From the NCBI RefSeq assembly GCF_009914755.1, contig NC_060942.1: DNA of 64,000 nt, one strand, 5' to 3'. Both the position numbers and the translations under genes were made by a program. Under the pieces are notes generated by a model that saw only the letters and a list, made by a program, of their open reading frames with translations, had not been told where the DNA came from and ran no database searches. The DNA comes from the human T2T-CHM13v2.0 reference genome, Homo sapiens. Every line of letters starts with the position of its first letter. Positions within the stretch are counted from its first letter, which is position 1. Positions 27,701 through 40,735 of the stretch are shown in pieces.

Positions 27701-28619
27701 ATGACTACAGCTTCTTGAAGAAGGCAACTAAGGGAAACGCTACTGTGGATCTGCACACATCAGAAAAGGCTTCTCTGACCCCTCAACTGTGTGCAAAATA
27801 ATAAAGGAGATACCATGTAGAATTCAGGTAGAGAGAGGTGCAGACCCAGTATCCCAGGAAAGGAAAACCTGAATAAACAGTGGAACTGTGGAAATTCCAG
27901 AGGATTGTCGTGCCCCTTTGTAGAGACGCTAAAGGCCAGGCAGGGGCAGCAGCAGAAGGCTGTGGGCTGCAGGAAGGAGACCCCCACGGGAGGGCCCTGG
28001 TGTCGTGTGAGCCCTGGGCAGGTCCACTCGGTCTTGTGAGGCCTCTGCCTCCTCTCCAGCACCCAGGGCGGGATTCACCAGGGCCACCACCAACATGCTG
28101 AGACCTGGTGATCTCCTCAGCCGTTGGTAACTGCTTGGGAGACCACGCCCTGGCTTGGCAGGCTCAGTAAGAGCTGTAGACACCGCCCACCCTCCCTGCA
28201 GAGAGAAAACAGCCCCTCACCCCTAGAACACGGACAGTGACAGCCTCAAGTCGGAGGGGCAGGCCCTATAACTCTGCTTCTTTGACATTTGAAAAAGAAA
28301 TCCTGGAGAACAAATTTCAAAGAACAAGCAACTCATATATAAAATAAAACCAAAGATATCTGAAAGAAAATAAATGAAACCAAGTGACGGGACTTCTCTT
28401 CTTTCACTATCCTTGTCTCCTTTCTCTCTCCCCCGACGTCCCTCCCTCCATTCCTCTTCCTCTTATTCTACCAATACCCAAGCACTGAAGACTGTGTTCT
28501 GCAAGCAATCATTTTTATTTCTCAAACCAAAAGTATGATTGTAACACTCTGTGTTCGGAGCATAGTACACAGCTACCAACGTCACCAAAAACCCGTAGAA
28601 TGAACACCGTGCACACGCG

Positions 28620-28650
<31 letters not shown>

Positions 28651-29214
28651 GCGCGGCAAAAAGAAACAGCTCATTTCGGAGCTGAGGACAAGGCGTGGGA
28701 AGAAGACGCGTTTGGTTTCACCCAGGCGGGTGGCGGCAAAGCTGTGGGATGCGCGCTGCACACTCCTTCCGTCATCCCGTTCCCACCTTCCACACACACC
28801 TGCGGGAGGTCGGACATGTCCTGATTGCGTGTTCATCACGATGGCAAACCGAACATGAGGAGAACGCCACTGACGCTGGGTGCGCCGGCTTTCCCAGCCC
28901 TCGTGCATAACGGGGAGGGAGATGCAGAAGTTTTTTCCAACATCGGTGCAAAGGGGAAGCTGAGGTTTTCCTATGGAGGAGGGTCAGATCCCTCTCTTCC
29001 TCATCTCCCTCCCCCTCCCCCTTCTCTGTTTCCAGCTCCCTGTGGACTCTGTCCCACCCACAAGCTCGAGGCTGCTGCCACATGGAAGGCCGGGAGAGAG
29101 ACGGGCGGCCAGGACAGGGGCCGGCTGTTTGCAGGGGAGGCATGTGTGTGGAGAACGCCTAGGAGCACGTGGGTGGCCACGAACCCTGACCGTGCAGGTC
29201 GAGAAACTCTTCCA

Positions 29215-29990
<776 letters not shown>

Positions 29991-31974
29991 GCAGGGAAGT
30001 GGGAAGTAAGTGGAGACTTGCAGGATGCAGAAGGTGCAGGTGAAGGTGCTGAGGAGGGAAACAGCGTTCTGGGCAGAGGGCACGGCTGTGCAAAGGCCCT
30101 GTTGCACAGACACTGTGAGTGGAGTTTGAGTGTGGCATGAAGTGACCTAATAGAACAGAATCTGCGAATGCACGGGGTGCACTCATGGGGGGATTGGGGG
30201 AGTGACTTAGACCACGCACACAGACAATGTTCTTCACCCGTTTTGAACAGTGAGTCAATTCTGCCAATGAGCAAGTCTTCCAGACTGTTGGGCCCTAGAC
30301 GAAGAACGACCTGCAAGCCGGGAATTCTCTGCAAAGGACAATGTCAAAACTCATCTGAGGCATCCATGTCTGTCCTACAGCAAGCTTCCCCGTGACACTG
30401 GAGGGACCTAGGCTCCCGGCAGTTTTCAGGAGCCAGCCCTGGGCTAGGGGCTCCACAGTACTTGCAAACAAAGAGTTCCAAAAACCCAATTTGCATTCAC
30501 CCATGTAAGAAGTGCCTGATAAGGAAGTAGCGTCTCTATTTCCTGGGATGGGGATTTTTGCTCTGGGGTATCAGATAATATTATTTGTAAGCTAGTCATC
30601 ACCATCCTTCGTTTTCTTCTGCCTTAGCAGATTCAGGTAGATTTATGGCACTGACTATCACTGCTTTAAAGTTATCAAAAATCACTTTAAAAGAAAATGA
30701 CGAGATTGCAGAAAAGTGGAGTTTATTGAAAATCTGACTGTGGTCCCTTGAAGTTACTGCTTACAGGATCAGCTGACTTTGGAGAGAAAGCCATTATCAG
30801 AATCAAGCAGCAAATTACTGGCCCCAGAGTTCCTAGCTTGCTACAATATCAGCTGTCTAAACCAAAACAAAGCATTTTGTTGAAGCGGGGAAAAAAAGGC
30901 AGATCAAAGAGTAGCTCATCCACGTGTCAGTTAGATTAGCATTTGAAATTCCTTGTGAATGTATCCACATGTTTATGACAGGCATGGTGTTCAGCTTTAG
31001 CAGCATTATGGGGAGTTACGAAATTCTCTGTGTAAAAATAGCGAGGTCATGAGGAAACCACTCTTGCTGTGTAAGTCCTGACAAGCCATGCCAACACCGT
31101 CACGCTGGGACTGGCCTTCGGATGGCACGGGGAGGGCAGAGTCACGCAGGCACACGTGACACGCCCTTGCTCTGCGGCCGGTGGGATCCCTGGTAGCTTC
31201 GCAGTCATGTGGGGCTTAGTCACAGGAGCATAGGTCAGGTCCTGCTGAGCCCCCTTTCCAAGTGTGCGGTGCGCAAGCCGCCCAACCCAGGGGCCGGCAG
31301 CTGGGACAGGGCGAGCAGTGGGCTGCAGGGAGGAAGTGGGGCAGGCCTGGGGGCAGACGTGCCTGGGCGAGGGCCTTCCTATTCCTGCTCTCCCTGTCTG
31401 CTCTGAGGATGTGGGCCCTGACCTCCTTATCTGTAAAGCCCTGATGGTGGATGCAGCTTCCTGGAGCTGCTGTGGAAACCACTGGTTAATATTTTACAGG
31501 TCGATGGGTTACAAACTGTCAAGTCAGAGGAACACTACACGCTGGCACCAGCTGCTCCTCTGTAGCCACCCGTATGTCCCTCCTGAGCCGTGGCAGGGAG
31601 TGACACCTTTGCCAATACCACCATCCACAGGGTCAACATGACCCCGGGCCCTGGTCTTAGTAACTAGAGGAAACACACCGACTTCAGGCATTGCTCACAG
31701 CCAGAGCTGGTGTTAACTGAAGAATGTTTTAATTCACCTGCCGAGGAACTCACACATTCCTTGCCAGCAGGCACAATGGCTCTTGATAGCCTGTGTGCAG
31801 GGAACAAATGTGTTGGCCCCATGCTCAGGCCATGCGTACACATAAGAGCTGTCGTCTGGGTCTTGGCTAAAATAAACTGAATCTTCCTGAAAACACAGAT
31901 TCCTATCACGGAGTCCATGACAGGAAAGATGTTCAGCTCTGCTGCTATCATGGGGAAGTAGAGTGGTTGATCTG

Positions 31975-32975
31975 AAATCTCCAGATTCTAATCAAGGAGA
32001 AGAATGCTGTGCTGTGGCCACAGACCCCACCGTGGTCTCAAAGAAAACCTGGATCAGAGCCCATCTTCTGATCAGTGCCACACCTTCACATGGGTGTGCA
32101 GCATTTTACTGGGTGACTGCCTTTCAGAACCTTCTGGAATTTTCCAGATCCTTCCAGATTGCAATAAAGAAAAAGAATGCAATGTGTGGTCATTAATCTC
32201 AGCATGGTCCTGCAGAAGAACTGGCTCTGAGCTGATCTCCTAAGGGGCCCCACGTCTTCACATGGGTGTGTAGTATTTTACTGGGCAACTGCCTTTCAGA
32301 ACCTTCTGGAATTTTCCAGAGCCTTCCAGGTTCTAATCAAGGAAAAGAAGGCAATGTGTGGTCATTAACCTCACTGTGGTCCCTCAGAAGACCTGGCTCT
32401 GAGCTGTCTCCTGAGGGGCCCCACATCTTCACATGAGTGTGCAGCACTTTACTGGGCAACTGCCTTTCAGAACCTTCTGGAATTTTCCAGAGCCTTCCAG
32501 GTTCTAATCAAGGAAAAGAAGGCAATGTGTGGTCATTAACCTCACTGTGGTCCCTCAGAAGACCTGGCTCTGAGCTGTCTCCTGAGGGGCCCCACATCTT
32601 CACATGAGTGTGCAGCACTTTACTGGGCAACTGCCTTTCAGAACCTTCTGGAACTTTCCAGAGTCTTCCAGGTTCTAATCAAGGAAAATAAGGCAATGTG
32701 TGGTCATTAACCTCACTGTGGTCCCTCAGAAGACCTGGCTCTGAGCTGTCTCCTGAGGGGCCCCACATCTTCACATGAGTGTGCAGCACTTTACTGGGCA
32801 ACTGCCTTTCAGAACCTTCTGGAACTTTCCAGAGTCTTCCAGATTCTAATCAAGAAAGAGAATGCAATGTGTGGTCATTAACCTCACCATGGTCTCACGA
32901 AAGACCTGGCTCTGAGCTGATCTCCTAAAGGGCCCCATGTTTTCACATGGGCATGCAGCATTTTACCGGGTGAGT
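31975..32975. repeat. Tandem repeat, 171-bp unit, ~5.8 copies
   Basis: CTGCCTTTCAGAACCTTCTGGAA recurs at 32117, 32289, 32460, 32631 and 32802 (spacing 172, 171, 171, 171). Inner copies are nearly identical and outer ones are diverged. Confidence 0.97.
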
Positions 32976-33283
32976 CCTTAACTTCGCAGGACACATTAGA
33001 AAGACAAAGGATGCTAGCAAGTGACAATTATATTTAAAGAAAAGGGCAGGAGACACAGCATGAGACAGAATGATGCATTGAACAGAACTAGATTTGGGCT
33101 CAGGAGAGCTTGGAGAGCAGCCAGCATCGACGGGGCGCTTACTATGGGCTAGGTGCTCATGCAACAGGTCAGAAGTATAGCTTCTTAGTCCTGTCTACTG
33201 TACAAGGAGGCAAGTGCTATTATTATGCTCCCCACTTTACAGACGTTGAAACTCATGAGGTTTAGAAAGCCCGAGTAATGCGT

Positions 33284-33520
33284 GACCAGCCTGGCCAACA
33301 CGGCGAAACCCCGTCTCTGCTAAAAATACAAAACTTCACCGCGTATGGTGGTGCATGCCTGTAATCCCAGCTACTGGGAAGGCTGAGGCAGGAGAATCTC
33401 TTGAACCCAGTAGGCAGAGGTTGCACTGAGGCACTGAGTCGAGATTGGGCCACTGCACTCCAGCCTGGGAGACAGAGTGAGACTCTGTCTCAAAAAAAAA
33501 ACAAAACAAACAAAGAAAGA
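33284..33520 (+). mobile_element. 5'-truncated Alu
   Basis: Starts at GACCAGCCTGGCCAACAC; right arm and A-rich tail present. Confidence 0.92.
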
Positions 33521-34357
33521 AAGCCCAAGGAACACAAGTCCACACAGCAGGGCCTGACACCAACACCAACAGGTCGGAGCTGAGCTGTGCTCCTGGCTGC
33601 TACGTGGTTTGTGACTTCACCAACCTGATGACCTGGTCTTTGGTTTCTTGATACTTGAAGTCCTGGATTTCTTACGGAAAAGACCTCCTTCAAAAGGCTA
33701 GAGGGTGCTTTCTCCTTCACGTCACATGTATGCTCTGAAGACTCAAAATATAGTAACAACTCCACAACTCATTTCCTTCTACATGAAAACTATCACAGAG
33801 TAACAATAAATTATGAAGAACTATAGGAATTTGTCATTAAGTGAAGTATCTTTTAAAACTCTGTTATTAAAAATGGCATTTAAATGAATGATTCAATAAT
33901 AAACACCTAGCATGCATGGTGTATGTTATGAACATAAGACTGCCACTGAGCTTGCATTCTGAACTTGAACTTTTCGAGTGTTTTCTGCATGCCATTAAAT
34001 TTCTACATGATATTTTTGGGCCTAAAAAGATCAGTAGCCTTCAAAAGGTGATGATTTATTATCACTAGGTAGAGGCCTTATAATTTTATGCCTACATCAA
34101 AATCAAGATTATCCAGGAAGGCTTTTCACAAGGGGTAAAGAACAGGGTTTGAAAGATGCAAACACGTTGGCAGAACACATTCATAGTTCCGTGGCTTGCC
34201 TGATAGATTGTGACTGTCCTGAAATTATAATAAAGTGTCTGAACTATTGATACTTCTCCAGAATTCCAGTATCTGTGGATGGATTATTTCCTAGTTGACC
34301 CTGATCTCAGATTTTGAATGAGGTAGGTAACATCCTGAGACTGCACAGAACCTCTGA

Positions 34358-35283
34358 GCAGTGGGTTGGAGTGGGATAGGGGACAGTGCGTTGGAGTGGG
34401 ATGGGGGTCAGTGGTTTGGGGTGGGACGGGGGTCAGTGGGTTGGAGTGGGATGGGTTGGAGTGGGACAGGGGACAGTGGGTTGGAGTGGGACGGGGGACA
34501 TTGGGTTGGGGTGGGACGGGGGTCAGTGGGTTGGGGCGGGATGGGGGTCAGTGGGTTGGAGTGGGATGGGGGTCAGTGGGTTGGGGCGGGATGGGGACAG
34601 TGGGTTGGGGCGGGATGGGGGACAGTGGGTTGGGGTGGGACGGGGACAGGGGGTTGGGGCGGGATGGGGGACAGTGGGTTGGGGCGGGATGGGGACAGTG
34701 GGTTGGGGCGGGATGGGGACAGTGGGTTGGGGCGGGATGGGGACAGTGGGTTGGGGTGGGATGGGGGACAGTGGGTTGGGGTGGGATGGGGACAGTGGGT
34801 TGGAGTGGGATGGGGGTCAGTGGGTTGGAGTGGGATGGGTTGGAGTGGGACAAGGGACAGTGGGTTGGAGTGGGACGGGGGACATTGGGTTGGGGTGGGA
34901 CGGGGGTCAGTGGGTTGGGGCGGGATGGGGGTCAGTGGGTTGGAGTGGGATGGGGGTCAGTGGGTTGGGGCGGGATGGGGACAGTGGGTTGGGGTGGGAC
35001 GGGGACAGGGGGTTGGGGCGGGATGGGGGACAGTGGGTTGGGGCGGGATGGGGACAGTGGGTTGGGGCGGGATGGGGACAGTGGGTTGGGGCGGGATGGG
35101 GACAGTGGGTTGGGGCGGGATGGGGACAGTGGGTTGGGGTGGGATGGGGACAGTGGGTTGGGGTGGGATGGGGGACAGTGGGTTGGGGTGGGATGGGGAC
35201 AGTGGGTTGGGGTGGGATGGGGGACAGTGGGTTGGGGTGGGATGGGGACAGTGGGTTGGGGTGGGATGGGGTCAGTGGGTTCG
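34358..35283. repeat. G-rich minisatellite (VNTR), 23-24-bp unit GGGGACAGTGGGTTGGGG(C/T)GGGAT(G), roughly 40 units
   Basis: Direct reading; produces the G/W-rich ORFs in all three plus frames. Confidence 0.97.
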
Positions 35284-35604
35284 GGAGCAGGAGGCCTGTG
35301 TCCCACCCCATCTCTCCCCTAGGGTGGATTGGCCTCAGCCCGACTGCTTGGTCTCTCTGAGCTCCACCCACCACCCTCACAACATGGGCTGGATTCTGGG
35401 GGCTTTGCACCCAGCAGTTGGCACAGGACAGGCCTGTTCAGGTTTTAGCACAGTCGGCCATGATCCGTGAGCTGCTGACCTGGATTTTTCCCACTGGAGG
35501 CCAAATCCAAGAGGAAATGCAGGAAATCTCCCGTGTGAGTGTCTGCCCTGTGCTCGGCACCAGGGTTCACAGACAGAGACAGTGCGGAAAGCTGGATTCC
35601 AACA

Positions 35605-35645
35605 CACAGGCCACCCGCCCCACCCACACACACACTCCACAGACA

Positions 35646-35679
<34 letters not shown>

Positions 35680-35990
35680 CACACCACACACACACACATA
35701 CTACATACCACACACACACACCACACACACACTCCACACACCCCCCACACTATATGCATACCACACACACCCTTCACAGACACCACACACACACCACACA
35801 CACACACTCCAGATGCCACACACACTCCACACCCCCTACACACTATACGCACACCACACACACACTCCACAGACACTACAGACACACACCACACACACAC
35901 TCCACAGACACTTCACACACACCAGACACACACCACACACACAGCCACAACACACCACACACCCATGTGCACACACACTACCACACATGG
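35605..35990. repeat. CA-rich low-complexity repeat
   Basis: Degenerate CACACAC(T)CCACAGACAC units. Confidence 0.92.
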
Positions 35991-36424
35991 TGCTCCTTCC
36001 TGCTGTCCCAGGGCGCTGGAAGGACACACTCACACTACCCTTGGCTGTGAGACGCTGCCCGGCAGACACACTTTCCCTTGCACCCTCTGTGAGGGCAGCT
36101 GACAGGGGAAAGCGAAGACCACAGTTGGTCCCACAGGTCCCTGAGGTGGAGCTGGGGCAGCCATGGCTTGGAGCTGTGTAGTGGAGGTGTCACTTGCCCC
36201 AGCCCAGAACAGGCAGGGGCTTGGGGACCTGGAAGCCTCGGGAGAGGGCCGGAGGTGTCCTGGAAGCCACCAGGACCCTGTGGGGTGCTGAGAAGAGCCA
36301 CTGTGTCACTGCCCGAGCACTGTTCTGCTTCCCCATCCCCACGTGTACTCCATCACCACCCCTGCCACAGGAGAGCACACCCAGCCGGGTCTCTGTCTTG
36401 TCACCATGGTGTCCCCAGGACCTA

Positions 36425-36565
36425 GCACAGTCCACAGCACACAGCAGGCACATGGTACACAGTAGGCACACAGCACATGGCAGGCACATGGTACATGGTA
36501 GGTACATGACACACAGTAGGCACACAATACCCAGCAGGCACACAGCACACAGTAGGCACACAGCA
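36425..36565. repeat. Degenerate minisatellite (~18 bp, CACACAG(C/T)AGGCACA(CA/TG)G type)
   Basis: Direct reading; 6-aa periodicity HSRHxx in ORF 36194..36574. Confidence 0.8.
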
Positions 36566-38053
36566 AGTGTTTGACAAATGCCTGTCAAGTGGATGAGAGA
36601 ATGGCAAGGGAAGTGCTTGCTCTTCCCTCTTACCTCAAGCCGCGCCCACACAGCTCAACACCCTCCATGTGTGTCTGGAGAAGAGACCACCTGGTGAGCC
36701 CCAGGGAGCCGAGCGCAGGAGCCAGGACTTAAGGCTCCTCCCAGAAAACCGAAGCCTTGATTCTGGAGGGACAAGGGACACCCCAAGGGAAGTGTGTGAG
36801 CCTCCTGAGGAAATAGGGCTTGGCACCGAAGTTGGGGTGCTGCGGAAGAAGGGACTCAGAGAAAGTCAAGGTGGTCGTGGCTGTGGACCAGCTCCCTTCC
36901 CTGAGCTTGAGGCTGAAGCCTCAGCTGCAAAGTCCCCAGGAGACAGAGAGGGCCCTGGGGCAGCCACGGGAGAGGCCTGGGCGCAGTGGGAGCAGCTGCA
37001 GTGGCCCAGGCCACCCCCAGGTGACTCTCCTCCAGGGCAGACAGGGACCCTAACAGGGTGGGACAGACCCCAATGTCTCCAGAGACAGAGCAGGACCTGC
37101 AATTTAGGAAGAGCACAGCCGTGCTCAGCCCACGAAGCATGAATCCCGCCTTGTCTCGGGTGAGGTATGCTAAAGGGTTCGCTCTCGCTTGGTGCGAGCA
37201 TTCTTCTGTGAATCCATTACGGGTCTCAAAGTCCTAATGCAGGGAACACACGCTCCCGTAGGCTTCTCCCAACGCTGGCAAAATAGAAACCTCTAAAATC
37301 TGGTCAGCCCTCGCGGCATCTGGTGCAGCTGTGACCGGCACGGCCAGGTGACCTCAGACGCGCTGCACACACCTGGGAGGCTGCAGAGGGGCAGCTGTGA
37401 AGTGGGGCTGTGACGCCCAGAGGCACTCAGGCATTCAGACCTGCACTGACCCGGGACAAAGACCTCAGCGTGGGGTGTTTTTCTTCCTTTCAGGAAGCCC
37501 CCCAGGCGCTGATTTGGGCCTGAGCTAGGCCTGCTTGAAGGAATGAATGAATGATGAATGAATGAATGCCCTCTGCCTGGCTTCTCCCTGCCAGTTTTCA
37601 TATCTGGCTTTCTCTGGGCCTCCAGACTATTTTACAAAACGCATTGTTAGTCACGAGGTCTATCGCACCAGCAGCAGAAAATTCCAGAGAGAGTGGCAAG
37701 AAAAGTTCACCCGAGAAAAGGATGGGGAAATATTGGGATTCGGAAAACCACGTTACCGACCTTTGGAGCTGTCCTCTGAGCACAGGTGTCATGGTAATTA
37801 AGTGTCACTCCATGGAAAGAGGTCAGGAATAAACCTGTGTGTGTGCAATCGGTAAATTTTTCAAATTCCTCTTCTACACATGTTGTAAAAACAAACGAAG
37901 TTGAATCTACAAGATTTAGGACCCCGTGAGGATCAACCCATACAAAAATACCGCCAGGACCTTTTCTATGTTCTTGAGCAAATGCAGTTGTTTTGTTTTT
38001 GAAATTGTGTGAAACGTAATCCACATTTTAATGTACCTCCCATTAAAATTTAA

Positions 38054-38367
38054 GGTTGGGCACAGTGGCTCACGCCTGTAATCCCAGCACTTTGGGAGAC
38101 CAAGTGGGAGGATCCCTTGAACCCAGGTGTTCGAGACAAGCTGGGGCAACATGGAGAGACTTTGTCTCCACAAAAAATAAAAATACAAAAATTAGCCTGG
38201 TGTGGCAGTGTGAGCCTGTCTGTGGTCCCAGCTACTCAGGGAGATTGAGGTGGGAGGGTCATTTGAGCCCCAGAGATTGAGGGGTCAGTGAGCTGTGATC
38301 ACACCACTGCACTCCAGACTGGGCAACAGAGGGAGACTGTGTCTCAAAAAAAAAAAATAAATAAATA
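38054..38367 (+). mobile_element. Alu (AluJ-type)
   Basis: GGGAGGATCCCTTGAACCCAGG and AGTGAGCTGTGATCACACC; A-tail. Confidence 0.93.
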
Positions 38368-39539
38368 AGATTTTTACTTTAAGTTCCTATAGTACGTGTT
38401 ATTTTGGTGTTGCTTATCTAGCCGTGTGTTTTAGTGTTAGGACTCTTTCCTAATGAGGCTTTAACCCTGGCATTTCACATACATTTAAACATGCGTGTTC
38501 AGGAAGGCTGCTGCCAGGCCTCAGCTCTTCTGAGCTCTCCCGCCCTGCATACACCCATTTTCAACCACTAGTCTGAAATGAATAAGGTGAGCTTCTAACA
38601 TCTTGCTTAAATCCTCCTGTCTTCAAATATGTCTCGGCATATGAAAATAATGACAGAATAAAAGAGTCATCATCTCCCTTTAAAACTCACAATGCCTTTC
38701 ATACAGCAATCTAAAATGATATATTGAAGCTGTCCACAGACGTGCTATGCCTGTTTCTGAAATACAATTGATTTATATTTATATTTATATTTCTCTTTAT
38801 ATTTCTAGAAAGACCAGCTGTAGCTGGTGCTCACACTTCATAAATCTTGCTCTCAAGCTGTCCCAAGGTTATTACATTTTCAGATAGCCGAAAGAACAGG
38901 AATAAAAACACCTGGAACACACAGCCTGCCACAACCCCATGTAAGAGAAAACCAGCTCCTCAAATATGTGAGAGTCTTTGTTGTTGTTGTTTTTGTCAAA
39001 TTACTGAGTTAATTTATCTGGTATTTTCAGGCAACAATTTAAGCTGAATAAATCATGCCAGGTCTTTAGCTTCTGATTGGTGGAGAACAGATTTAGACAC
39101 ATGACTTCTGGAAAGTATAGGCTCTTGCTGTGTATCAGTTGGATGATGATGAGTAGAACTGGCAGAATCCGCCTCAGTTTATGCAACAAGTATTAGGGAC
39201 TGTGCACTATGGTAGACATCAGTGGGGGCTAACACATGTTTTAACAGTTTTCCAGAACAGACGTTTGCAATGTAGCATTTAAGCCCCTTGTAAACAAAAT
39301 GCTACCAAAACTGGAGAAGACAGCCATCCTTTTTGGAAGCTGTGCAAGGAAGGAGACAGCTGAGAAACAAGGGCAAGGAGGCGACTCCAGAAAGGAGTGG
39401 ACTACGCCAATGATGAGCTGGGAATCCCAGCTAGAGTCTCAGCTAGAGTCCCGAGAAGTCTCTCAGATGGGCAAGCTGGGAGACGCTCAGGCAGCTCCCG
39501 GGACAGTGGAGGCCAAGTGGGAAGTGAACTGCGGCATAG

Positions 39540-40004
<465 letters not shown>

Positions 40005-40584
40005 TGAGCAAATATTTTGCCATGGGAAAATTACTTGGGAACTTCTAAGCTTCCTAATAAAACTATAAGCACTTCAAGGGCAAGAATGACATCTATTTTC
40101 TCTTAACATACCCTGAAATGGACGGCATAGTATTTTTGTACACAGTAGACACCAAGGAATTTTTAAAAAGTAATGGTACGTTTGCTGTATGTGAGGAGCC
40201 TACAACATAGTTCTATAATTTTTTGCTTTGATAGCAAGTTTAGCAAACATGGTAGCTTTCAACCATACAAGAAAGATGAAGAAAATGAGTATCCATAAAC
40301 GTTCCTCATCAGATGAAGACTCACGCAGGACATAAAATGTTATTCTCTAAATATGGAAAAAGCATCAAAAATACATGATGCAAATAAAAATAAACTGTCA
40401 ACAAAAAGCTTTAGTATCAATTAGTTATTCTAATGCAAATTCAATTTATCAGTGAAACAGAAAGGACTTCCTGATCACATGAAAGCACACATTTGAGAGC
40501 TTGTGTGGGTCTATTCAGATGAGCTGTGTCGACCTGGAAACACCGAGGCACTCACGGTCTGTTTCCTTCCTTCACTTACAGCAG

Positions 40585-40735
40585 CAATCCTAAGTTAACC
40601 CGGAGCTCATTAAAATACATATTCCTGGGCCCGACCCCAAGACTGTGGGGTGGTATGCCAGGGTGGGCCTAGGACTCTGCATTTAATTTGAATTCTCAGT
40701 GTAATGTGTGCAGGTGGCTGCAGACCACAGGAGCC
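40585..40735. mobile_element. MER5-like DNA transposon remnant
   Basis: TTAAAATACATATTCCTGGGCCCGACCCC..GGGTGGGCCTAGGACTCTGCATTTAA. Confidence 0.55.

Noticed and set aside
31975-32975. 171-bp period equal to the alpha-satellite monomer; also superficially array-like (CRISPR)
   Set aside because: I see no alphoid sequence similarity or CENP-B box. Units are whole tandem copies with no unique spacers, in a eukaryotic context.
34361-35470. Longest ORFs (318-369 aa, Gly/Trp-rich)
   Set aside because: Artefacts of a stop-free G-rich minisatellite, open in all three plus frames.
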